From contig NC_092675.1 in assembly GCF_964355755.1 (NCBI RefSeq), positions 6,443,812-6,507,811 of the forward strand: DNA of 64,000 nt, written 5' to 3'. The DNA comes from Antedon mediterranea. Taxonomy: Eukaryota; Animalia; Echinodermata. Both the position numbers and the translations under genes were made by a program. Below, one piece after another: positions 12,179-25,620 of this stretch (within the stretch, counting starts at the first letter, position 1; the number at the start of each line of letters is the position of its first letter). Below the pieces are notes generated by a model. It ran no database searches. It was not told the origin of the DNA and was given only the letters and a program-made list of their open reading frames with translations.

Positions 12179-13574
12179 TCATGGTATTGTTCAAACTCGA
12201 TCTCTCTCATCGTGAATGTGTAACTGATATGGATTTAAAATTATCCGAAATAAAGGTAGAACAGAAAGTTTTTAAAATATATACATTTTCTGGCTGGATT
12301 CTGTGAAGTCAGTGAAGTAGTAGAAATGTTTTTGCAATTAATTATTCTAATGAATTTTTTTAATAATGCTATATTATATAGTTTAATTTAATATACTAAT
12401 ATATATTGAGGGTTTGTATTAAATTTGTCACTAATGTGTAACTGTATAGAACAATTGTCTTTCAGCTTTTAATAAATATTAGATATTTTTAAATATTTTT
12501 AAATCTTTATTTCATTGCAATTATTTGACTTTTTGTTTTTAAGCAACAAAACTACTTCAATTTCTTAAAAAACTCCAGAACCAAATCTGATGTAATTGAA
12601 ATAGGGGATAAGAATTCAAAATGTGTCTACACTATCAAACTTTATGTGACAACAAAAATGTGATGTGCCCATATATGGACATGATGATGTCATATCACTA
12701 CCATATTTGGGCATATCACGACCATTTCGGCACATCACACTTTTTTGTCAAAGTAGTTTGATAGTGTAGACAAAGCTTAACATGAAATGTTCCGTATGGC
12801 TGCCACAAATCAGCATATAAAGCCAGTTTAAAGCTGTACATGCAGTTTTCATTTATTCATTGTATTGAGGGAGAGGTGGCAAAATGATAAGGGATATCAT
12901 GCTAGCATGCCAGAGGCATTGGTTCGGAACTTGTCAAACTTGCTTGTATCCCGAGGCATGATATTTTATTCTCATTGCCCCATCCTTCTGAATCTGATGA
13001 GAAGTAAAGCTGTTGGTCCTGCATATATACATTGCACATGTCCACAATAAAGAGCTTACCATATTTAAAAAGAGTAGGGCAACGTCTTTGGCATTGCAGA
13101 TATGGTATGGTGTTTAAATGTTCTCAACTTTAGCTCCACCTTCTTAGATGTGCCCCTCCCTAATATTATGTGCCCTTCTCAACATCAAAATCAGTACACC
13201 CTTATTTTGTAACTGTATAATCTTCAAACAAAAAGAAAGAGCAAGACAAGTTTGAAATGTCCTTTTAATTATTTACATTCAACATATATTTACATACGAA
13301 TGTACTGTACTTACTGTAAATATTTGATTTAGATACATATAATAGTAATATTTAATATAGTACACTTAACAAAATTGAGAGGCAGAACAATGTAAACATC
13401 ATAATATGGTATTAATATTTTCTTTAAAAAATGACATAATTCTATGTAAACTAGTAAAATTATCATGAAAGAAATTACGCCCTTTTTGTTCGAAATAAGC
13501 ATTTAATTTTAATTTTAGAAGAATTAAAACCCAACGTCATGATTTAACATTGTAAATAAAATGTATTCTATATT

Positions 13575-13900
13575 AAAGGGACAGTACAATGTACAAATAC
13601 CACTAATAAAAACCAAGGTACGGTAATAACAAATACATCTTTTTAAAATTGAATTTTGAAGGAACAATGGCCATATTAATCAAACTCTCCCTGAACTGGG
13701 CATTCTTGGTCTGGTGGCTCAAAATGTGTTTTTGTAGATATTATACAATTTAATTAAAAGATACTGTACTGTATTTTCGATTTTTATTCTTAATCTTAAA
13801 AAGGGACAGTACAATGTACATACCACTATAAACAATTGACATACAGTATAAATAAATAATACAAACTTTTTAAAATTGAATTTTAAGGAACAATATTCTT
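13575..13900. repeat. Local direct duplication, period ~224 bp
   Basis: AAGGGACAGTACAATGTACA..TTTTTAAAATTGAATTTT..AAGGAACAAT recurs at ~13577 and ~13801. Confidence 0.7.
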
Positions 13901-16900
13901 GAGCTGGTTGAATATGTCTGGTTTTTAAGTTTGTAGATATAAAAGAATTTCAGGATATTATGATTGTTTTCAGAAAGTCTGGTTTCAAGAGAGTTGACTG
14001 TAAATTGTCATTATATTACATTATCTCGGGCATTATCTGTAATCTTCAAGGATACTTTTGTTATTCCTATGTTAAGCCCGGTCTACACTATCAAACTTTA
14101 TGTGACAAAAAAAAATGTGATGTGTCCATATATGGACAATGGACATATCACTATCATATTTTGGTGTATCACTACTAGTTTGATGGAGTAGAGTTAAGAC
14201 AAAGTGGATGGAATAGTCAATGCCCAGTGTTTCTTAAGGGACACATAACAACATGAATAATGAACAGCCTATGGTATCTGGCAATATAAATAGAATACTG
14301 TGATACAATGAATAATACTACTGTAATTTTATAACGGAAAGTACCTTGTCAATGGCTTTAAAGCCCCGTTTCCATAGAATTGCTACCATGCCGCATAATA
14401 ATCAGTCCAAAGTTATACAACCATTCACACAATGCAGCAGCAGCAATATGCATAGTGATGCTATGGTAACCAGCTTTAACTTGATTATTTAACTACTGCA
14501 AAGTTTCTTGGCATTATGAAAAAAGTTAATTGGTCAGATGTTTTACACTACTACCCTTACATATTAATGTTTGTACTGAATACTTAATAAAATTGAGAAC
14601 GCTAGCGAAAAGTCCCACCAGAGAGTATCCAGTACAATTTCAGGGAAACATCTAACCAATCCATGATTCTTATATATTACTATTGAGGTATAATTTATAT
14701 ATTTATACCTCCATGCTTATACAGAGTTACAACTGTAAACCATGGAGGTACGTAATGCTGAAATTCTATAAAACCCTGAACATGCCTTCAAAGAAAAAAA
14801 AAGGTACCCAAAATTATCCAATAATTACCTCAAACAAATTGAATATTAGTTGATTAATGGACAACTTAATACACAAATAACATTTTACATAATGACCATC
14901 TTCATACAAAAGTAGCTTTTTTAAAGATTCTTTTCAAAACACACACAAAAAAACCTCTTTTTGTTGTTAAAATTAGTATTTTTCTTTCTTTTAAAAAAAA
15001 CAGGATTACAATTTTAAATAAACATCATTATCCAGATGTAAGACTATGAAAATTAAAACTTGTTTTAAATTATATTAAAAAACATAAGAGAATTATCGAA
15101 CACCTTTTTTTTATATAGTACACATCTGTGATATGAAATAGTTAACAATTATGCTAATAATTCTTAATTCTCAACATTTTGCATGTAATTACAATATTTT
15201 AAACCCTTGAAACAACCGTTTACACAGACAACAAAAAATGATACGTACAGGTAATATGAACATTACTTCAATTTAAAAACTTAAAATGAAATTTAAAAAT
15301 GTTTTTATTTACAAAATGTTAATAAGCACCATTAATATTATTACGTAATTCATTCAAATAACTATGTTGTTTTGTTTTTATGGATCATTGCAGCATACGC
15401 TTCAGTACATGATAACAAGAGTACAACATTCCCTTTAATAATAATATCCTGGATTACAGAGCCTAATGTTGTGAAACCACCAAGCACTCAACATTATTAC
15501 CCCAGTCATTTTTTTTTGGATCAAACACGTATGGAAACACTCCCATAATTCAGCCAGTAATCAGCGCAAAGTTGTGTCTTGATCTAACTGGTACCCATTT
15601 ATACAAATTGGAAGTTAATTATGTGTTACATCTAAAAAGCGTTGCATGTTTCTTACATGCCTGAAATCCAATATTGTACAGACTAATGTAACTGAGGTGG
15701 ACAAAGCTAAATATGTAACTCATCGACGGCGACATTGAGAAAGGGGTGCCCAAGTATTGACAATTTTGTAGCTTGGTGCAATAATTCCAACTCATGTGTG
15801 AAAATGAAATTGTACTGACGTGAAAGCCAGATCATAAAAGTACACCTTAGCCACAATCATGAATAGGCCTATAGTCATTTTAAAACCATGGATACACAAC
15901 ACTACACAATTGTAAGCGATAATATTGAGGTTCAGCCTATACCTTTAGGGGTGGGTGTTTTAATCAAATATTTCCTAATAATCTGTTATACTGAATGTAC
16001 ATTCTGGCATCATGATATATTCTGTATCAAATAATTAAAAAAAAAAATATTTGGCATAAGCTAAGCGTATAACAATATAGGTTCAAAAGAAATAATTTAC
16101 TTTTCGTATTTAATTTAAATAATTTAGAAAGTATAATGAATATTATAATGGTACTTTATCTCAGCTACAGCAACTTGTTTACCAGGTGCCGTTTGCAAGA
16201 TTTTGAATAGCGAAGGTCCAGTGGCTGTATATATTATTTAAACTAATCAACCCCAACCCCTATCTATTAAAGTATATACCACTTGAGGGATATCCTTAAA
16301 CATGTTTTTGCTTAAGAGAAATACAATTTTCTGGTAATATCCCACATTTGTTAGATTGGTGAATGCCGACTCTGGGCCTAATAAAAAGTGCTGAGCTTCT
16401 ACTGTTCTTTTGCATGTATTTTATAGATATAGATTCTCATTTACCACCAGTTGAAATTGGTTAAAAATTGCAATAAAAAAGATTGGTCATTCTAGCATAC
16501 TTAGTACTGGCAGCCATTTTAAATTATTCCAACCTACAGTACTCATTTATTTCAATATCTTAGATTAGTTGTGCAAAAAGGTGGTAGTTACACAGATACA
16601 AAATATTGCAAATATAAAAATCATATTTACAGGACAATAAAAAAGATGACAAGATTTTAAAAAACAATGTCAATGCAATTAAATACTTTTGTGACCAGAA
16701 TATTATTTTCGGAGTTTTGGTCACATATTAGAATCCCTTTAACTAAATAATAGCTAATTAATTGGCAAAAGTAAGTGGTCTCTAATCGGAGGTTATCATT
16801 GACATAAAACCAATTTAAATTTACCAGATATAATAATATTGTTTGGTAAAAAAAAATATATATATTTCTAAAATTTCTTTCCATCTTGCAATCCTTTCTC

Positions 16901-17653
16901 AAATTAAAACACCAACAAATATATTAGTAATTTCAATGTTTTCAATAAGAGCACCAAAGTATACTGGCTATAGTTGTTGAGCTAATTGACATAATCACTC
17001 GGACAAAGAGGATGCCAAGGCGCCCATTTATGGTGATATCAGTTCACAAGTTATTATAATATAATATTATATTTGATCGTAATGTGACCGAAAGTTATCA
17101 CAATTATTAAAAAAAAATGTCTTTCCTTGTCTTTGCTTATCTGACATTGACATCAATAGTTCTTAAATGCACCTCCAAAATTAGGCTCAGTTCCCACTTG
17201 GACCCAACACAACGACTTATGCAAGCGAGTTGACCAATCACAAGCAGCAATTCAGATGACTTACTGGTGGGTGACTTATGCCTTTGTGTTGGGTACAAGT
17301 GGGAACCAAGCTTTAAAAAGGAAAAAATGTAAAATACTTTTAAATAAAATAATAATTGCTTGAACAATTGCACCATGAATACAATAATAAATTACAGGAT
17401 AGAATACTACCGTCATCTCTTAATTAGTAGTAGTACCAATCACATAAGAAATTCAATACAGATGACTCACTAAAATATATATTTACATTAAAATAAATAT
17501 GAAAAATATATATAATTTTCAAAAAGAAAAAAGATGGAAATGTTGTATCAAAGCACAATGCAAAGGAGTATAAAATTGCATTGATGATATGGATTATGAA
17601 AATTTATTTTCATTTTTTTCTACATATTTTGCATTGATTTTGGCCACTCTTAT

Positions 17654-17813
17654 TAAGCTCTGTGTACACTATCAAACTAGTTTGACAGGAAAGTGGTATG
17701 TGCCCAAATATGGTAGTGATATGTTAAAATATGGTAGTGATATGATGCCATCATGTCCATATAGGAACATCACAATTTTTGTCACATAAAGTTTGATAGT
17801 GTAGACAGAGCCT
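17654..17813. mobile_element. Tourist/Harbinger-like MITE family (at least 6 copies in window)
   Basis: TIR AGCTCTGTCTACACTATCAAACT..AGTTTGATAGTGTAGACAGAGC(T), with TTA/TAA-type flanks. Copies at ~12623-12779, 14075-14195, 17654-17813, 19714-19946, 31803-31931, 59514-59674. Confidence 0.8.
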
Positions 17814-19029
17814 TAGATTGATTAAAAAAAAACAAGAAACCTAGAGGTATATATCCCTACTAAACTGGACACTATTGGGCTGGCCCAGAAAGTTTAGTTT
17901 CCCAGAAATTCTGTATTGTTTATTCATTGTATTCAGTGTATGTAGGAAAGAATTTGGCACCACTTAAACAGTAAGAAAATATTGGTTTTGGGAAGAATTA
18001 TGGATTTTATTAATTACAAAGAGTTGACTGTATGACTGAACAATATTTTAAAATTCCTTTAAAAAAATGGCTTACTCCATTTTATGCACAATATTGGATA
18101 AATGTTGGTCAAAATGTCACATTATTTTTGATATTTCATATTTAGATTTCAATTTTAGATTGCCTTGTTTCACAGGCATGCAAATAAAAAATCTAAAAGA
18201 AAGCTTAAAAATGCATTTTTGAACCTCTCTACTTCCTTGAAACACATGTTTCAATGGTTAGTGTCACCTTGTGGATCACTAACAAATTATTTGTTTCTTA
18301 GCTTACATTTTCCTTTCATTTTTCTTATCTGAACACTCAACTTAGAAATTCTATACATTAAAATTTAATTTTATACAAAAGATTTTTTTTTTTAAAAAAT
18401 AAATTGTTAAAATAATATTTATACCATAAATAAGCTTAAACAAACAGTAACGAATAAATAAATTTCAAGCATACCTTGTAGCAAAAATTAAAATTAATAA
18501 AATTGTTTGTTTTTAAAGGAAATATGAATTAAAAAAATTTCCTATTAAGTATTAGGTAATGTGGCACATTACAACATGAATTAGCTACCAAAAAATTGGC
18601 TAAATACGTTTGCTTTTGTTACATATCCAGGCCAGTATCCAGGGGTGTCAAAGTTCTAACAAACCCCCAAGTGCTCTTTTTCTTAAGCTAGAGACTAGCA
18701 GTAACATTGATGATAATTATAACAATAGTTCATTCTTATATAGCACATATAAGCAAGCTCTCAATGCGCTGCACATTATTAACCTGATCATCAAAAATAA
18801 AAAATGTAGGGAAACATACTCCCATAATAATGCAGCTAGTAATCAGTGCAAAGTTGTTTCTTGATCTAACAGGGTACCCATTTTATACACCTGGGTGGAG
18901 AGAGGCAAATGTATCTTAAGTGTCTTGCCTAAGGATACAAGCATTGTGGCGAGAGTTGGATTCACGATCTAACGATCAGTAATCTAACGTCCAACACAAT
19001 GAGCCACACGCCTTCACATGCTTACAGTA

Positions 19030-19506
19030 ACTTATGATGATTTTTTCCCCTTTTGTGGAAAAAAGGGGCCTGTAAAAATATTGATATACTGACCCAATTG
19101 TAGATTATTACATGGGTGGGAAGGTACTCTGGTTTGAACTCGAAGATGTGTAAAACCTGTATAACCGTGACACCATGTTTAAACGTTACTTATGACAATT
19201 TCTGCCACTTTTTGTGAAAAAAAGTTCCCTGTAAAAATCCTTGCTACAGACTGCTATACTGACGCAATCACTTGTGTGGGAAGGTACACTTGCTTAAAAT
19301 TGAAGATCTGTAAAACCTGTATAACCGTGACACCATGTTTAAAAGTTACTTCTGACAATTTCTGCCGCTTTTTGTGGAAAAAAGGTGCCCTGTAAAAATC
19401 CTTGCTACAGACTTGATATACTGGCCCAATCACTTGTGTGGGAAGGTACACCTGCCTGAACTCGAAGATTTGTAAAACCTGTATAACCGTGACACCATGT
19501 TTAAAC
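19030..19506. repeat. Three tandem ~160-bp repeats in the 3' UTR of the FN3-TM gene
   Basis: GTGACACCATGTTTAAA at 19167, 19327, 19489 (periods 160, 162); the whole unit is conserved. Confidence 0.9.
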
Positions 19507-19555
19507 TTAACGTTAAAAACAAGGACGTGGAATAACATCCTTGACCGACAAACGA

Positions 19556-22500
19556 TTATAACGTTATTTCTGCCATTCTTGAAGTTCCTTCTTCATCCTC
19601 GTCATCTGCTTGCATTTGTGCTAATAATGGCCTATTGAAAAAATCAAATGGTTTAATAATAGCACCATAACAAATGCAAAAATAAGGAAACAAAATTCAA
19701 AACAAGTTTACTAAAGCTCCTTCTACACTATCAAACTAGTTTGACAAAAAAAGTGTGATGCACCCAAATATGGTAGTGATATACCCAAATGGTAGTTTGG
19801 AATCTGTTTGGGCTTTAGCCTATTCTCATTCCTGGTTATTTTTACATTGATGACCGAATAAATATTATTATTATATGACATCATCATGTCCATGGGCACA
19901 TCACATTTTTTTGTCATTTAATGTTTGATAGTGTAGACAGAGCTTAAGGTGGTTCTTTGATATTTATTGATTCATGATCTGGAATAAAATCAGATTATCA
20001 CCAAATATCGGAAACGAAAAGCAGTTAAAAATGTGTTAAAGATGTCAAGCTGACAATCTCATAAACAAAGCTAAAGACGTTTAGTGATCGCTCATTTTCC
20101 ATAGCTGGATCAAAAATCTTGAACAATTTGTCGAGTAACATTTGGATGACTATAATCAGTTTAAAAAAAACTTTTATTTCAACCAATGCTATGACTGATT
20201 ATGAGCTTACCGTCTTTATTCAAATAAATGGCATGCTTCGAATAAGTGCCATGGTTTGAATAAACGCCTCCCTCAAATAAACGCCACCAATAGAACATCA
20301 TTTTGAATAAACGCTCCCCTCGAATAAATGCCCTGGAGCCTTTATTTATTTTCTTGAATAAATGCCTCGCCACATGCATGTATACACAATAATGTATTAC
20401 AACACATTTCTATTTGTAGTAGAATTCATTGACTGACATGATCTACAATTTACAAAGACTTTTGATACAATTTGTACTGTATTTTATCACTTTTCCCGAA
20501 TAAACGCCTCCCTCATATAAATGCCCTTCCTAAAAAAGTAAAAACATAACATTCTTACCTATCTGCGCGACGTGCCCGACGTATGTGCATATATCTATAT
20601 TGTTTATATCCTATCAAAATTAGCAGAAATACTAGTACTAAAAAGGCAGTGGCCATGAATATGGCTGCAGCTACTTCGTTTAAACCATTCTTAGCTGGTT
20701 CATCAATTTCAACATCGTCAATTCTGTTCCTTGTAGTTACATTTTGAGAGTCAACCACCATACCAGAGCACACATCGGTAGTGATATCTAAAACAAGTAA
20801 AATTTATTTTTTTAAAGATCGAAATAATCTTTCAAATTGTTTTTATTAAATTAAAAGAATAAGATACATAATTTGATAGAAATACAGATCTTTACTGTTT
20901 ATCAACATAGTAGAGCTGAATGCATTTTTTGGTTGGCTAGCAACCATGCAGCGCCTTCTATCGTCATGACATCACACCGTGATACCCTATAGGATACAAG
21001 ATGTAATACAGAATCTGAACCCCTCGATATTTAAGAAAAGCAACCTATAAGGAGACACTGTCATGTGAAATGAAAAAGGAAAAATATGTTTTAATATTAT
21101 GTTCACATTAAGGGGACACCTCTATTAAGGAAAATTTTGTTGGGTCCCAAAGGAATCCCCAAAAACATGAAAAATGAATCGGACTTTGAATAGGTTATTT
21201 TATAGTTTTAATATTAAAGTTAATCACATAAAAAAATATACATACAATACATATTATACATATACATACATATAAAAAGACAAAATAAATGTTTAAATTC
21301 AACCAAAAACACATTGGCTAGCAGTCAATTTGACTATATTTTGCTTTAAATTAGTTTTTTCAGGTAAATAAATTTGTTTTCAATCCAATTTTTGGTCAAA
21401 GTGGATAACCACTGTGTGACATTAAAATGGCATATTCAACACAAACTTTTTAAAGAATTATTTTTTCAGGGGGCAATACATCTTTAATGGGTTTGTATAT
21501 CTCAGGAATTGGTTTGTCAAAATGTTAAATCAATGTTTTAAAAATTAACACGTTACCTGGATAAACTCTTAGAATAGACACAAAGGTATGATTTGTTTTG
21601 CTACGGCACTCAAGATATACTGACAAGGTTAATTCTTTAAAGGGCACCATAAAGTAACCAGAACCATTGACAGGATTTTCTTGCTCTTTTCCATCATAAT
21701 ACTGATGAGTAATGGTACAGTTGACATTTTTTATAAATATCTGCCATTCAATTAAGGTGAAGTGATCTACGTTAACTACTGCACATAATTGCAAATAGAT
21801 GAAATCTGTGAAAATGAAAAGAAAGAATATGTTAATATCTTATCTTTGCCAAGTAAGACAATTTTCATATGGTATATGTTTTTTAAAATTATAACATATT
21901 TAAGTAAGTTAATTTATGTCAATAGAGAGGTTTCGCAATGCTACGAAGTTTTCCTAAGGCATTAAAAATCTGTTTCGCATGGCAACAATATTGAGGGCGC
22001 CGTCTAAAATATGACTGCGGTGAATTTGAGCGAAGCGCAGGTACGTGTTGCTTGGATGCCTAGGCTATTTATCAAAATTAACCTAGCATTTTAGTAAATT
22101 ACTTTTTTAGTAAATTGCTTTCAATAAATATATAATAATCATGAATCATTCCTGATTCAAATGCAAAATGTGCAAAATACATTAAGAACTATACTCGTTT
22201 TGTAGTTACGAATATGACTGGTGATATTTGTCAACACGAATACGCCTTACGAATATGAAGTGGGGATCAGTTGAAAAGTTTCACAAATGTGTGATTGTAT
22301 CTGTTTTCGTTATCGTATTCGTAAGGTTGCAAAACCTCCCCACAGTCATTACGAATAAAGTAACACTAGTTTAAGATAAACAATCAAAGGAATTATACCT
22401 GATTCAACAATAAAATGTGTATAACCATTGGTACACACAATCTCATCACTACTTGAAGAGCCTACATAAATGGAAGAGTGGTTCAAAATTAATTCAAAAT

Positions 22501-25040
22501 GATACTGAGTGTAAAACCTTAAAAGGAAGCCCATGGGCTTCTTTTTTTTTGGGACTCTTGGGTAGGCTTTTTTATTTTGTAAATTGCTAGTACAATAACA
22601 GGATTTTACAAAAATTTAATGACAAGATCGACGTTTCGGAACCATCATGGAACCATTTTCATGATGGTTCCGAAACGTTGATCTTCTTGTTTTCTGTCAT
22701 TAAATTTTATTGTAAAGTTATATAGTAAGCGTCTATTAATTCGTAATAACAGGATAACTGCCAATTTTACATATTTGCCAAAGAACCAGACGAGAAGAAG
22801 ATACAAGATACAATCAAATCAATTAAATTGGAAAACAATAGTGACATATGAGACTTGATTATTGAGTTAATTAAGAATTGTAATGTAAGGTCATTAATAT
22901 ATTGATGATAAACAGGAGTGGAGTTGTGGCTTGGTGGTTATGATGCTTGGCTACCACTCCAAGGGTCCTGGGTTCAAGTCCCGTCACATGTCAGGATTTT
23001 TTCTAAGAAACAAATTCTCCACTCCCAAAGACTTGTAATAAGACTTTGTTTATGTAGAGCATCTTGTGTATATGTTTGTCTTGTGAACCTCTGAGGGTCC
23101 CTAATGATCAGCAATAGCTGGATGGATCACCCTCATTAAATATGGTTAAAAAAAAAAACAAAGAAAAACAAAAAAAAAAACAGGACAATTGATTCAGTTT
23201 ATCTCAAAAAGAAGCTCATACTATCACGAAAAGAAGCCTAGATTTCGAGATGAGCTTCTTTCTGAGATTACTTTTCCAAACCAAAAAGGGGGCTTCTTTT
23301 TGAGATGGTCTTCTTTTCGAAAAGGGCTTTAGTGCCACTGGCACTGTTGACTGCAACAATAGACGCTTCCGAAAATGTCATTTTAACACTGGACAGTCAA
23401 GGCTCAAGAAATTATATTAATCCACTTTAATTTGTATTCGTCTGTATTGAGTATGAGCCCAACATTCAACATGAGAAATTAAAATTTTAAGAGGTTTCAA
23501 TGTATGTTTTTATACAAGGATTTATCAACTGCTTTTTTTGTTTCAATTGATGCAGTATGTCTTTGATTCGTTGATGTAATCTGCTATAATTTTCAACCGC
23601 CACCATTCAAACTTATTTTTATTTAAATTTTAAATTTTGGCCTCCATCCACACACCACCTTATCCTAATTTTGTTATTTCAGTTATCGAATACTATATTA
23701 TATTATCATGTGATAGTATTTATTTGTATGTGAAAAATCAATTAAAACAAACAAACAAACAAACTGTACCGTGCATACCTTGTCGAAATTCCAAGATGTT
23801 TGATCTCATACTATTGCATTCACTCCTATTGACGGACCATGGACAACAATCCAAACTGATTTGATACTGGGCATTCGCCACTAAATCATTCTTTGTGAAT
23901 GTGTTAATTGACTTTGGAAGAGGGTACTGATCTGTTGAATTAGTATCTAAGTTGCTGATAATAAAATTACATGGATGCTTATCACTCGATTCAAATATCC
24001 ACTGAACTTCAATACTTGTATTATGAACAGCAACGAGGCAAACATCTACTCCATAATCTGTTGGCTCTTTAAAAAGAAAAATTATTTTTATAGTTTAATG
24101 ATTATAGGAATTACACAATATCATTATTAATCAGCAGAGTAATAAAATAATAATATTCATTTTTCATACATTAAATACAGAATGAAAAATATAAATCAAT
24201 TAAACATAAGTTGTAACAAGGAAGAGTATAAGTTATAAAATAATTACAAATAATTATAATTTTAGGCACCTTTTAATTAAAACTACTGTATTTAATGTTT
24301 TTTTTAAAGTTATCCACCGAGAGCGCGTTTCATAAATAGGGTTGCAAAACAGAAGGACACATGCTTAATAATAAATGAACAAAATATGCATTTGGTACAT
24401 AGTTATAACTTAAACATTTGTTTATTTTATTTAAAAAATTAGTTTGGTTAATTTTCATCAAATAATCAATAATATTTTCATCAATATAATTTATAAAGTA
24501 TTTTTGGAAATTTAATAATTTAACTATAAAATAAAATACATTATTCATTTGTACTTTTTAATATGTATTTCAAATATATGTATTTGTTTACTAGGCCCAG
24601 GCCTACTCTAGAAATACACTTTCTTCTGCTGCACCTGTACTGTATATATTAATAAACAAATGTATTAACTATTATTAATTTAATTGAATTGTATTTGTAT
24701 GATTTCAAAAATCCAGTTCTACAATAAAAGTTACAAATCATTTTTTTTAATGATGAATGGAGAGATATAGATTCGCATGCATTGACACTGCACTGAAATT
24801 TGTTACCTATCTAGTCTAGGCTTTCTACCAATTCTAAAGCAACCTAGGCCTAGCCTACAAACAAGCAAGGGCCGAAAGGTATTCACTCAGCAGGGAAAGT
24901 ATTCACGAGCCGCCTTCGTGCTAGCTAGCTTAATTAATGAATAACGCCTGCCTTTTTGGGTTGCACTTACCTTCGGGTCTGCATGCTAAAATGTAATATT
25001 CTATTGCACCTAACATCAGAATAACATGTGATGTATACAT
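19556..25040 (-). CDS. Uncharacterised type I membrane protein (signal peptide, two FN3-like domains, TM, short acidic tail), 324 aa
   Basis: Exons 25040-24971 (MYTSHVILMLGAIEYYILACRPE), 24066-23779 (..NTSIEVQW..LVANAQYQISLDC), 22461-22399, 21805-21557 (..TLIEWQ..LSVYLEC), 20787-20559 (TM AAAIFMATAFLVLVFLLILIGY), 19631-19556 (PLLAQMQADDEDEEGTSRMAEITL*). Sum 975 nt, phases consistent. Confidence 0.8.
22594..22755. mobile_element. Inverted Penelope-type terminal remnant between 11-bp direct repeats
   Basis: Palindrome GATCGACGTTTCGGAACCATCATG..CATGATGGTTCCGAAACGTTGATC, flanked by AATAACAGGAT at both sides. Confidence 0.55.
22915..23180 (+). mobile_element. Full-length tRNA-derived SINE
   Basis: A box TGGCTTGGTGG, B box GGTTCAAGTCC, A-rich tail. 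Same family as the split copy at 27337-27409 plus 30516-30625. Confidence 0.85.
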
Positions 25041-25620
25041 AATTGAAGGTCTACATTAAAATCAACTGTCAACAATGATTTATCTTTACAAACTAATTAA
25101 AAAGCCATTCCATTGTCTAAAAAAACTTGTTTTTTAATCATTCGGTTCGCCATCTGACGGCGGCTGACCTTACAGGCTTACATTACATATCATTACCCTT
25201 TGACATTTGTGCAACCAACCGTAACAAGAAAGGTCCCTGGGATTTTAGCCAGCCGTTTTTTAGTACAGTACTTTCCATCCACATTTTATTGCTTAATTTT
25301 ACCTTGACCGCCGGCTAGGCTACCTATACGGTTTTATGTCTTTTTGGTAGAGAGTAGGTTTTTGATTTGTGTAATTATTTTAATAACCTATTACGACTAA
25401 GATTCTTTAATTATTTAGCAGCATTATTAAAGGTTATCTGATAGTAGGCCTAGCCTACTCTAGTAGTAGTACTAACCTAGTACTATATATATTATAATAG
25501 CTAGCTAGGCCGCTAGTAGTAGGCCTATTCCTACCTAGCTAGGCTCATGCTAGGTAGTACTACTAGCTTGGAGGTAGACCTAGCCTAGGCGAACCGCCTA
25601 GGCTAGGTAGAATAGAGGGC

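Noticed and set aside
19254-19538. 94-aa repeated ORF on the minus strand after the FN3-TM stop
   Set aside because: By-product of a 162-bp repeat period; the next unit (160 bp) breaks the frame; no convincing homology.
22915-22995. Functional tRNA gene
   Set aside because: A and B boxes are present but the cloverleaf is degenerate and followed by a SINE body and A-rich tail; the same degeneracy applies to 12100-12178 and 60480-60555.
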